Below are positions 1 to 10,362 of a DNA stretch of 20,000 nt, piece after piece; positions within the stretch are counted from its first letter, which is position 1, and the number at the start of each line of letters is the position of its first letter. The stretch covers positions 3,413,004 through 3,433,003 of the forward strand of contig NW_019091357.1 of NCBI RefSeq assembly GCF_001949145.1, in the 5' to 3' direction. A program made the position numbers and the translations under genes. Source of the DNA: Acanthaster planci. Its lineage: Eukaryota. The notes beneath the pieces were generated by a model. It saw nothing but the letters and a program-made list of their open reading frames with translations. It ran no database searches and was not told where the DNA came from.

Positions 1-91
1 GGACTGGCAGCCATTCTTCTTCAGGTAAAGGAGCTCCTTGATAAGAGCCTCATCTTCGTTCTTGAGAAAAAGGTTTTCCTTCCAACTGTAA
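1..91 (-). CDS. PTER: Phosphotriesterase-related protein, third coding exon (runs off the window edge)
   Basis: Acceptor ctttttctctaagttcag. Phase-2 join gives P-YSWKENLFLKNEDEALIKELLYLKKNGCQS, matching PTER YSHKENLQLNQETEAIKEELLYFKANGGG. Confidence 0.93.
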
Positions 92-190
92 CTGAACTTA
101 GAGAAAAAGTTATCCCATCAGGATTCATGTGAAAGTACGCCCTTTGAAAAGTGAGCAAAACGCTTTTGAAAATATTTCAAAGATGATCAT

Positions 191-350
191 ACGCGCTCAG
201 AAAAATACCAAGTTCAAGAGTCGGTCAGGTGTAGGTTCTGAGGACCAAACCCCTTTACTTGATAGGGTTCAGAGAACCAACTCTAATGAAATAAGGTTTA
301 AATGAAATAAGGTTCCAGGTTCTAAAAAGAACTGAATCCTTTGAGAACCT
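191..350. mobile_element. Possible decayed non-autonomous DNA transposon fragment in a PTER intron
   Basis: Short AGGTTC/GAACC motifs recur in both orientations and aatgaaataaggtt is duplicated (~285-314), resembling EnSpm/CACTA-type subterminal repeats. No second TIR found. Confidence 0.25.
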
Positions 351-574
351 TGCCTTCGGCCATGAGTTTGAATATAAGTACTCGAAGGCTTTTATCATCA
401 TCACCACATACAGGGACATGTACTGAAAGTTTTCTTTCATTTACAGTCCCAGACCCAACAGATTCATATTAAAAGATCCAACAGTCCCTTGCAAGCAAGA
501 TCGATCAGGCTTGTCGTTCCAGAAACGTAAACATTCGCATTCAACAGAATAATTGTAATGACCGTGATATTTAC

Positions 575-737
575 GGATTACTGCGCAACCAGTACAGGTT
601 CTCCATGGTGATTGGTAATCTGCATATTTCCCGCCCCTCCTCTGTGATTGGCTCGGAGTAGAAACAACCAAAGTCGGCATGCAAGTGCTCATGGCTGAGT
701 ATGCACCCCAAATCCGCCGGATCAATGGGTCCAAGAA
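575..737 (-). CDS. PTER: Phosphotriesterase-related protein, second coding exon with the HxH metal-binding motif
   Basis: Acceptor ttttttcttgttttgcag, donor gtaaat, 163 nt. Encodes (V)LGPIDPADLGCILSHEHLHADFGCFYSEPITEEGREICRLPITMENLYWLRSN(P), matching PTER VLG..EP..LG.TLTHEHL...PI.MKNLYW. Confidence 0.95.
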
Positions 738-897
738 CTGCAAAACAAGAAAAAAATAACTGTTCCATTCCGATATAATTATTTAAGCCAAATGTACCAA
801 GAGTTGGATTTTTATATTTGCAGTGCGTTGGAATGAAGTGCTCTAAAAAATTTGGGAACTCGTGCAGAACTGGACATGGTGCGATGCGTGCCCTCAC

Positions 898-931
898 CCG
901 TTAATACTTTTCCTCTCAGATTTTCTACCAT
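898..931 (-). CDS. PTER: Phosphotriesterase-related protein, first coding exon (MVENLRGKVLT + first base of V)
   Basis: Minus strand reads ATG GTA GAA AAT CTG AGA GGA AAA GTA TTA ACG G|gtgagg (phase-1 GT donor). Resembles the PTER N-terminus (vertebrate MSSLSGKVQTVLG) and splices in frame to 575-737. Confidence 0.88.
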
Positions 932-1680
932 TCTGTGTTAATGTAGAGCGAGTCTGAGAATTGAAGTGCAGAACACGCGGTAGTCAGTTGAGTGGACCTG
1001 TGTGACCGCACGTGGTTTCACCCAGGTGAGCTGGCTAGTTCTTGACGTCCACTTATCCCTGTATTTAGGTGAAACTTACACGACGACCACCCTAGAAATG
1101 AACGACAGAAAATCCAAATTACAAGTTTGGCCATGGGTGTCGTGTCACCAACAGCCTGAGTGCTTCCAGGCGACCTCCATATTATGGCCGTGTATTTATC
1201 GCTAAGCCGTGGCGTGACGGTGTTGCGCTGTATCACGGGAAGGACCGGTTTTTTACAAGCGTGGTGACCCGTGACTACATGCATGGTGATGACTGGACTG
1301 AGTAGATGAGCTGTCGGCTCTATCATGGTTTAGAGATAACCTGCGTTAACTCTTGTGCTTAAGTGCAACTCGTCATCACACAACTCCTGTAGTCACAGGT
1401 AAACATGAAATAAGCAACACTATCTAATACAGGCATGCAGTGATCATTAGCCAGGACAAATTTAAACTTCGTGACTCAGTGGCTGATCGACTCAACGTGC
1501 GTTCTCGATGTCCTTGCATGAGTCGCAATAAAGCAGGCACCGTGCACCCAGCCTGAGTCTCGCACCGAGACGCTTGTCGTAATGAACCATCAACCGTCGC
1601 TGAAAGATGGGGCTAGCTATGTGAATACAACCGCAGAGCAAGGACAACTAGTGTGGGAGGGCTGCGTATAGCACCGTGAT
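932..1680 (-). promoter_or_regulatory. Probable PTER 5'UTR/promoter region (relatively CpG-rich)
   Basis: Lies directly upstream of the ATG and is visibly richer in CpG than the flanks. E-box CACGTG near 1009. A minus-strand gtaagt donor near 1074-1079 could end a non-coding exon. Confidence 0.35.
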
Positions 1681-1721
1681 CAGAATATTGACAAGAATAT
1701 AATATCATTTATTGACAAGAA

Positions 1722-1789
1722 TGTAATATAAAATCAGTGCAATAGAATATGTGATTGCACATATTCCAGAGCACTGATTTTATATTACA
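1722..1789. repeat. 68-bp imperfect palindrome
   Basis: tgtaatataaaatcagtgc / gcactgattttatattaca (19-bp perfect arms) enclosing gaatatgtg-attg-cacatattc. Confidence 0.9.
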
Positions 1790-1860
1790 GTAAAATTTCG
1801 ATACCTCGAATCTCCGGGGAATGGACAAAAACATTAGTTATCTGAAATTCGAGTTAAAAG
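1788..1860. mobile_element. Possible Tc1/pogo-type MITE terminus
   Basis: TA followed by cagtaaaatttcgatacctcgaa...ttcgagtta, resembling the CAGT..AACCTCG.TA..TCGAA ends of pogo/Tigger-like MITEs. Partner end not found. Confidence 0.35.
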
Positions 1861-3578
1861 AAAGTTCCGATTTCTTTTGAAGTGAAGTCATTATTATGAT
1901 GTGTATTTCTATGATTTTAGGGATGGTCTGCTTCTGATGAAAATTTCTAAAAATTTCATTGGCCACCCCCCCAAAAAAATTGAAAGGCAAATGAAACGGG
2001 ACATGTCGATCGTCGTTTTTCTGTGCAGCCTGAACACCTGCAAGAGTTGTATTTTTAAAATAATGGTGAAGTATGGGGACTTATAATTTGCTGTCTATAT
2101 GGGAATTTAATTGTAATGGTACACCCTTCATGGCAACACGGAGGCCGTTTGGAACACGGACGTGTATAATAAAATCTGGACTCGCAATGCCCTTAATCAG
2201 CTTATAGAGTCATTGAATCCACTCGCGGCCATTTTACCGAGCCGAATACAAAGCTTTCCCGGCAATGCCCGCCTTTGTTCTTCCTGACGTCAAAAGAAGG
2301 GAGCCAACCCACAGTAACTTCATAGCTAGCTCAGTGCGCCCTCTTTAATGAGGATTTTTACGTGAAATTTATATCATCATCTTTACCCATCAGCCAGTGG
2401 TTTTCTTTTCCCCGGGCCGGAGTGACACTGGAGTAAAGTGAAACCTCAATGGAACAATTGCCAGAGGTTTTGAGGGCCCACGTCAGCCTTGAGTCTACGG
2501 TATACATGTTGGTTTGCTTCAAGATCGACACCCATTAAAAATTCCAAATTCTTGTGTTCAGTGTCAACTTTCACAAGTAAAGACACCTCACTGGTAAATT
2601 CAGACTACTCCAGATTTTAAAGAGATTGTTTTAAAATTCCTGAAATCCAGAAATTCGCCTTGGTTGAAGAGGAAAACCTGTAACTATATAAAGCCTGATG
2701 AGCAACTTTTGAATATTTTTAGAGCAGCAAACCAGGGTTGCATTTGTATTAACATTATGGCCAAATCTGTTCCCTGGACCACTCAGAAATGTTTCAATAA
2801 TTGGATTTTGAGAGATTTGGAGACTGTTTCATTTCCTTCGTCCCCTAAGCGTGTAAATATTCCCTATGTGTAGGCTAAGCTCAGAATATTCATAAAACAT
2901 GTAACGTTACGTAACATAAAGAGATACCAGTGTCGTCGGTCGTTGCCCACCCCTGGCCTATAAGAAATGTGGTTCTGGATTGCGATTATAAGCTTGTTTC
3001 GTGCGTTTTGGACGCAAAGTCGTTGTTGTTTCCATGCAACATTTTCTAGAAAGGGCAGGGGGCTAGTTAAAACCTTGCACTTAAACGCGACGATTCTCAA
3101 AACATGCATAATCAGTTTTAGACGCAAAAGGAGCGCATAACCATGCCAATAATTTTGGGGATTTTGAAAAAAATAAAATGGAATTAATCTGATTTCTAAA
3201 AACATTTTTTATTTCTGAAAGAGACTTAAATGCGACTTGAATTAAATGCGAGCCAGGCACTCCGCGCATGACGTCACTATGCAAAACTCACGCTGCATCC
3301 AAACCCCGTTTACAGTCGGTCCGTGATATACACGGCGGACCGACTACGGACCGACTACCGTACAAACACACTGCAAACAACACGTGGGTGCGGTGGCACA
3401 CGTGCACGAGTGTAGTACGATACTGAGCGCATTTTCGCGACGTCGTGTATCATCAAGAAATTAGTGAGGAATCGCTGACATACCTACGTGATGACATTGA
3501 TGGAGTAAGTACAATGGATTTTGCTTTTATTATTTCACACTTTACATGAAATTCATAAGCCTGCCGCTTACATGTAGT

Positions 3579-3810
3579 AGTGCTGCAGTTGGGCTGGCCC
3601 AACTATTGTTGACCAGTGCTTGCGGGATGAAATGTCTCGACATTATCCAAGTCAATGTGTCTCACACTTGACACAATTCTTAAAAAATGTAGCACTTAGC
3701 CCTATGACCAATGACATGACATTTGTAAACAATATGACTTTGGCACGTGCTGGGCGCATCATACACACAGGACCTCTCTGCTGTAGTTGGGCCGGCCCAA
3801 CTGTAACACT
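3579..3810. mobile_element. MITE-like element with ~27-bp self-palindromic TIRs
   Basis: agtgctgcagttgggctggcccaacta (3579-3605) matches the reverse complement of tagttgggccggcccaactgtaacact (3784-3810) at 24/27. Confidence 0.6.
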
Positions 3811-3811
3811 C

Positions 3812-3908
3812 TAGTTGGGACGGGCCCAACTATAGTTGGGACGGGTCCAACTACAGTTGGGACGGGCCCAACTATAGTTGGGACTGATGCTATAGTTGGG
3901 GCGTTACA
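3812..3908. repeat. Tandem array of a palindromic 21-mer (tagttgggacgggcccaacta), 3 full plus 2 degenerate copies
   Basis: Units start at 3812, 3833, 3854, 3875 and 3893. The consensus unit is TAGTTGGG-n5-CCCAACTA. Confidence 0.92.
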
Positions 3909-4149
3909 AGACCATGGAGTTGGAGAAAGGAAAAAGACCATGTTGAGACTAATCCTACATGTAGGACTACAACGGTTTCCCCGTCGTATATTTGTTCAGG
4001 TTGTGTAGACAGAAGCATGAGAAATTGTGAATTAATAACAGAAATACAGACATAAAACGACTGGTTTATTTACATAGATGATCAACCCTTGCAAGCTATC
4101 TTGCCAACGCACATTACAAACAACACATTCGACTTGTATGCCATCGGCT

Positions 4150-4261
4150 CAACCATGTTTAAATGTATTCGTTGTTCTACGCTTAATGTCTTCATTGTAC
4201 AGCGCATTTGAACATATCTATATGAAATTTGCGCTTTGTAAATGAATAAATTATTATTATT
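4150..4261 (+). mobile_element. 3' tail of an L2-like LINE/SINE (5'-truncated)
   Basis: Stem-loop agcgca...tgcgct followed by gtaaatgaataaa and a (TTA)n tail, the typical L2-clade 3' end layout. Confidence 0.6.
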
Positions 4262-5249
4262 GGCAAACAGTTCCGTTACACTCCCTCCTCTGAGACAGAT
4301 TCCAGCGGAGAAGTGCGGTGAATCAGTCTCACTATTCATAAGCTCTGTTGTGGAGTCCACAATCATTTTGCTATCATCTTGAAAGCTATCATACTAATAT
4401 CAAGTAATAAAGATGATCAGAAAACAACTACTTTCAAAGGCTTCTTTGTCCGCTTTCGAGTCAACTCGTATTGCCATCCGTGAAGAAATAAATTTTTGCA
4501 GGTAGATTTGGCCCTGGTCCTTCCTTACGTCATGTACATTGGACCACCTCACAGCCGCCTGCAATCCCCAAAGAATTGGGCTGTCCAATGCTGGACTTTT
4601 GTACAAATTTCGTATGCATGACTGTCCTTCTCAACAATACAAATGTTGAAATTTTATCTCAATCTGTCATATGGTTTGACAGTCACTTGGAAGTTGGGAA
4701 TGGCAGCGGAAAAGTATATATTCTTGGTTGACCTCTCTTAGAAAAAAGGTGCAGTGCAAGAACGGTATGTTGGATTTTCACAAAAATGCTGTCAGAATGA
4801 CCAAAAAGAGTTATTTAAACAAAACTCCAGAAGGCTTCTGGAAAATATGCACCTTGATAAAATTGGAAAATATGTTAAAGGGAGGTATATTCCTTCTCCT
4901 CTTCTCCCTTCAGAGGTTCTTCAAGAAATTTCCACTCACACAGCCAGAGAGTTCACAATTTGTTAAGTTGAGAAAGCTTCAAAGCAGTCTCTGGGTACCT
5001 CCTGTTGTTTGTACACGTGTCAACTGGCTGAAGATGGACCTTTTCCGAATCAGCCGGCTTAGGCTGACAGAATTACACAAGTCTGTGGCAAATGACTGAA
5101 GCCACTCACATGTGGCTTTAATCATTTAGCCTCAGCCACATCTTTTGGACATTGCCTTAAAACCCACAACTTTGCTGGGGACATGCTCAAACGAAAGTAC
5201 ATATTACAATGTAAACAGACATAACTGCTCCCTTTTTGTCAGGTGTCAA

Positions 5250-5384
5250 AGGTGATAGCAGCGTGGTTGGTCCCCTGCCTATGAGCTCATCTTCTTGCAT
5301 CACTGCCCTGGTAGAGCTAGGTGATAGCAGCGTGGTTGGTCCCTGCCTGTGGGCTCATCTTCTGGCATCACTGCCCCAGTAGAG
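5250..5384. repeat. Tandem duplication of a ~69-bp unit
   Basis: aggtgatagcagcgtggttggtccc(c)tgcct...gcatcactgccc..gtagag occurs at 5250-5318 and again at 5319-5384. Confidence 0.92.
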
Positions 5385-5980
5385 TAAGCCATCTCTTGTT
5401 TTATGACAATAGTAGTCATAATTTTGGTTGTCGCAACAATTTGTGTAAAGGTACAGTCCACCATTTGTCTTTTGTGGATTATTTTCCTTCATATGAAGCA
5501 AAAGAATCACTGAAATCTAAAGAAGGGAACGCAAGAACGAACCTGATAAAGTTTCAGCTTAATAATGAATGCTCCATATTCTGAGAAAACTATTGTAGGA
5601 CTTGGATTTCAGATCAAACGTTGCTGAGCCATGTTTTAAATTGTGCCTGAATTCAGCATCTGGGAAACAGTCTCATATTCAGTTGAATGCAGCTACACCT
5701 TGTCACACCCCTGAACTGATGAATTATAGAAACTGCTAGTGTCTGTGCATCATGTCAACGCTTGTATGTATTTCTAATAATATTGACTTTCCAAAAATTT
5801 GAGAAGGCACCTGCTTGAAATCATTGTTTCTTTATGATGACCGTTTGCCAGAAAGAACAGTTGCTCACAGAATTTAGTCCTCCATCTAAAACCAAGTGTG
5901 CTTTTCAACAACAAGTTGGATACCTTTGGATAACTGCAAATGATGGACTATACAGTACTTTTAACCCATTTCTTCTTGTG

Positions 5981-6252
5981 CAGGGTTCCCACTGTCAATG
6001 AAAATCCTGGGAAAAAGTTGGCCTGGAAATTCATGAAAAATTGGTCTGAGGAAAAGTGATGGAAATTAAGATTGTACAAGGGTGATATTGATGGTGGTTA
6101 TGGATAGTGGCTATGGCAGTCTTCCCGTTTATTATACCAAACAAATTTTCTGTGCATAGTGACATGAAATGTCATGGAAATTGTCATATTTAAGTTCTGG
6201 AAAGTGCAGGAAAGGTCACTGAATTTGATTTTCAGATTTTGTGGGAACCTTG
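5981..6252. mobile_element. MITE with CAGGGTTCCCAC TIRs (hAT/P-like)
   Basis: cagggttcccac at 5981 and gtgggaaccttg at 6241-6252 (11/12 match). Internal repeated (tca)tggaaa subterminal motifs. Confidence 0.75.
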
Positions 6253-6263
6253 CTTGTAACAAC

Positions 6264-6532
6264 CAGGGCCCAATTTCTCAGCGCTGCTTAGCAGGGGATT
6301 TCATGCTTGCAGAGGCTCCGCGTATTTCATGCATACCGTAAACAGCAAGTACAGCCAAATGCATCCAAACCTTGGAGGAAAGATTTGCTCAAACTTAGTG
6401 ATGTAACAACAGAAATCTCTATCCGCACGCAGCCGTTAGCACAACCACCCCTACACCGCCATAAAATAGTGCTCAAGGTTAGCCCAATTTTTCTGCTGAC
6501 TGTGTTAAGAAACCCCATGAAATTGGGTCCTG
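6264..6532. mobile_element. MITE with GGGCCCAATTTC TIRs (PIF/Harbinger-like)
   Basis: cagggcccaatttc near 6264-6277 and gaaattgggtcctg at 6519-6532 (13/14 match), with cag/ctg at the edges. Confidence 0.75.
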
Positions 6533-6925
6533 ACCCCACCCAGCCTGTTACACCCTGCACTCCCCAGCACTGTACATGTATGGTTTTACAAATTTAACAG
6601 CGACCCACAATAAGAGTCTATGTGGTGATGGGTTGAAACGTGGATGTTTTGCTCATTGAGGAAAAAATTAATATTACAGTGTGACTGAAAATCCTTAGGT
6701 GACCATTTCTTGTTTTTTGTCATTTTTCCCTGTGTTTAGATTTGGGAAGGCCTCGTTGCCAGGTGAATGTACTTGTACTGCCATGGCTGCCTACATGAAT
6801 GTTGAGGCTGGCTAGTGTCATGGTGCAAGTGGACTGACCGATGATATCTCCAAAGTGAAGAGGCAGGTTACTTCATGAGTAGCACAGGTAAGAGTCCTGT
6901 GTTTCATATCATTGCTGGCTTTCTG

Positions 6926-7166
6926 CAAGGATGAATCCAGGAAAGGGGGGAGGGGCCAATTGGGGTCATGACCAAAAAGGAGCAAAATTGCTTTCATTTG
7001 AAAACATGAAAGCATCTTTTTGATCTGTTTAATTTCCCTTCTTTTGAAAAGTGGAAATGTAGCCTAACCCTTCAAACAACTTTGAAAATAAGAAAAACTA
7101 TCTGGCCCCGAGAATCAAGTTTGTCCCCGCTCCCCGAAAAAAAATTGGGTCCTGGATCCACCCTTG
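6926..7166. mobile_element. MITE with CAAGGGTGGATCCAGGA-type TIRs
   Basis: caaggatgaatccagga (6926-6942) matches the reverse complement of tcctggatccacccttg (7150-7166) at 15/17. G-rich and C-rich subterminal tracts. Confidence 0.72.
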
Positions 7167-8600
7167 GGTGCTTGTGGCTAGCTTTTAAGGCAACCCTGAC
7201 CGAGGGATGGTTGTGTGCATTATGCCAACCAAGCAAGACGATAGGGATGAGGTTAAACCCTTGTACCCAGGGCAAGCTAGTTGAATGCACTCACTATACT
7301 GGAATTGTTCACATTTTCCTGGCCTAAAGTTCCTTTTCCTTCATGGTTTGTTGCTGTTTCATGACAAATTACCATTGATCGATGGTCCACATTTCCTGAG
7401 ACATGTTCAACGTGTTCAAGGAGCAATTTGGGTTTCACAGTTTTAATAGTAAAACTCATGAAATGATGCATCTAATCATATACATAAAATACCTTTAGAC
7501 CAACAGCAGGGGCATAATTAAAGGAAAGTCTCCATTATTCATAACCATGAGAAAATGGCTGCCTTGTCCCCTGGGGTTTCATGATTTTCTGTGCAGCACT
7601 GCTCTACATTAAAGGAGATGGATTGGGGGGCAACTGTGGCAATTGTCCATCAAATATTATTTGGCCCTGTTGGTCTTTTTATTAAAGTTCTATCCTCCAT
7701 AGTTCAATTTTTCTTCCTCATAATATTGCCTATTATTACAAGCCATTAGTAGAAGCCAAGTTGCACATTAGGTGAAATTCAGATAAATTCCTGACATCCC
7801 TGTTCTTTAGTGAGTATTTTGAAAAGCAAATTTTACATATGTTTAAAGTTTTATCTGATAGAGTACTGAGACCTGTGTTTCCAAAACATTTCAAAAAAAA
7901 AGTCTATAAGTTAAAATCACATACATTTTGGGGATTTGTTCAGGCTTTCTGACGGTGAGCAGTGAATGTGGACAAAAGATTTAAGTGTTCAGAGATCTCA
8001 TTTAAAGAAGGATCTACCTTAATTTTGACAAATATTGAACCAAAACACAAAAAGGGACCACGTTGTAAACACTTAACAGTATTTCAGTCACCATCCAAAA
8101 TTTCCGATTTGCATCCAACTCAACAGACTTGAGCACACTGTTGAAATATTTCTACCCACACTTTCGGGATCAATCGTTGATTTCTGTAGGAACTGTTGGT
8201 ATTTAGATATTTTAGGTTTGTAGTCTTCCCTGATTGACGTTACAGTATTACTCGAAAACAGCGCCCTCGCTTGTTAGGAAAAGGGAAAGACAATTTGAAG
8301 TGTGTAAAAAAGTCACTTTTTGATTCACTAAACCCTTAATGGGTGTCTGGAAAAATATTTTTAATGATGAGTATAAACCACAAATGCTTTCAGAAGTAAT
8401 GGGTCAGCAGTGTCAACGGAATCCTCTTGTCATAGTTCATTTTCTGACATGAAAATGGATGAAAAGCAATAAACACTAAAAGTTTTTTTATGAAATAAAA
8501 GGTGTAAAAACAAGGAGCGTACAAGGATCCTGTAATTTTTAAAGAAATGTCTCAATTTCTGCTGCAACTTAGTTCCTTTTGTGATTAATTTCTTCTCCAG

Positions 8601-8762
8601 ACCTCATATGAAAGCTGTGGGTATGCCCCAGGAGAAGCAGACCATGATGCTGATGAGAAGAGCGCCCTCGCCTCCTTCAACCTGGAGAGAAGGAAGATGG
8701 AGGACAAGATCCTATGGGACTGCACAGAGATGATTCATGAGAATGTCAGCAAGAGGAAGTAA
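8601..8762 (+). other. Candidate terminal exon of an unidentified (pseudo)gene
   Basis: Acceptor ttaatttcttctccag, then 53 open codons TSYESCGYAPGEADHDADEKSALASFNLERRKMEDKILWDCTEMIHENVSKRK*. GC- and purine-rich against AT-rich flanks. No family recognised. Confidence 0.35.
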
Positions 8763-9190
8763 CTCAGATAGATGCCAGATGCCAGCCCTCGCCTACATCA
8801 CTGAGGAGGAACAGTTTCCAAGATTGCATGAGGGAACCTCATCTGAATCTTAGGCATTGATTCACAAAAAGGCAAGGAAAGGACTCAATCTTGACAGAGA
8901 TGCAGTTCCTTGCTTTCATCTTGGTGATGAAGCAAGTCTATCTGCATTTGTACACTACTCAAAGGATCAAAGGATCATACGTAGTGATTAATAATTTAAA
9001 CAAATGATATTCACATTGCAAAAAATGAGCGTCATTTAATTTGGCTATTTTCTGGCATCAAAACAAGAAACTTTCACTACAGAGTACTGAAGTCTCACAA
9101 CACTGAAAAAAAAAACTTTGGTCAGCACCATGTCCAGGTCGTTTATGGCCCTGAAAATGATATATAAAAAATTGAGTTTTCACCAAGTAA

Positions 9191-9366
9191 TGTGAGGGCG
9201 CTATTTATGAGTTACAATGATATTGCAGTTATGTGAGGGCACTGTTTATGAGTTAAATCGATATCTTGGAAATGTGAGGGCGATATTTATGAGTTACAAT
9301 GATATTGCAGTTATGTGAGGGCACTGTTATGAGTATATTCTGGTAATGTGAGGGCACTATTTGTGA
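9191..9366. repeat. 41-bp minisatellite with alternating A/B (82-bp) higher-order structure
   Basis: tgtgagggc(g/a)ct(a/g)ttt units start at 9191, 9232, 9273, 9314 and 9347. Units 1 and 3 are nearly identical; units 2 and 4 are related. Confidence 0.92.
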
Positions 9367-10250
9367 TTCTGAATCACAGAAATGGAGCACTTTGAAGATA
9401 TAAGTATTTCAGCATGAAAGAATTACATGTAACTGTTGTGACTCTTTTATTCAGTAAAAAAATGCAATGTCTGACATGTATGTTTGCAAATCTTCCCCAA
9501 AATCACTTATTTTTTATAATTATCTGTAAAAATGATGATTGATACAAAATAAAATCAAATTTGTGATTGTCAGGACATTAAAAAAAAGCTTCACAGTTTT
9601 CAAAACCTAAACACAAAATGGTAAAAGGTCCAATATTTCAGTCACTTTTTCTCAAAATGTCCTAAAGTAAAACACATACGTGTACATCATTGTACAACGA
9701 TAGGGTTGTATGGTGCTGGGCAGTCTCATTCATGTCATTGTAACCCCCCCCCAGCTCTCTGAGACACTCCCAGTCTCTCACCCCCTTGCCTCAGAGTCAT
9801 TCCATGAGCAAAGGGAGTGAAACGTGACCATTTTGAAGTTGTGCTACATGTATACCTAAGCAATACACATCACCCAATGCTTTTTTACCTTTCCAGCTAA
9901 TTGGGCTCTGAAACATGACTAAGCCGTTGCATTGTCTCGCATTCTATGGTGCTCAGCCAAGCATGAACATGAGCTTCAGTGTACAATAAGTAAAGTCAAT
10001 GAGGTACTCGCCTTGCTAAAATTTTCAAAGACAAATGTCTGATCCTTTAATTTTTTTGAGTAGTGTATATTAGTATACAGTACAATGCTGCTATAATGAA
10101 CAGGGCGGGGTCCATACCCAATGCTTGGTGTTGCATACCTTCCCAACTATTGCGATTTCATTGGTACTGTTCCAATTGTCGCATTTTCATAGGCCTAAAA
10201 ATCAAAATGTTCCGATTTCCATTAAAAAAAGGGGGGGGGGTAAGTCCTGG

Positions 10251-10362
10251 CAAAAGAGGACGCTATTTGCCAAAACAGAGGGTGCAATTTGCAGAAAAAA
10301 GAGGGCGCTATTTGCCAAAACAGAGGGTGCCATTTGCAGAAAAAAAGAGGGTGCGATTTCCC
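10251..10362. repeat. 22/23-bp minisatellite with 45-bp higher-order structure
   Basis: Five units of aaa(c/a)agaggg(c/t)gc.atttgc, alternating caaaacagagggtgc and agaaaaaagagggcgc variants. Confidence 0.92.

Noticed and set aside
738..897. N-terminal half of ORF 571-897 as protein
   Set aside because: This is the 160-nt PTER intron (GT at 897, AG at 738) read through by chance.
3759..4008. ORFs with repeated VGTGPT/VGPVPT peptides, or a CRISPR-like palindromic array
   Set aside because: The ORFs are by-products of the 21-bp palindromic repeat, and there are no unique spacers.
9191..9366. CRISPR-like repeat/spacer appearance
   Set aside because: The spacers repeat each other (A-B-A-B), there are no cas genes, and the context is eukaryotic. 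It is a minisatellite.
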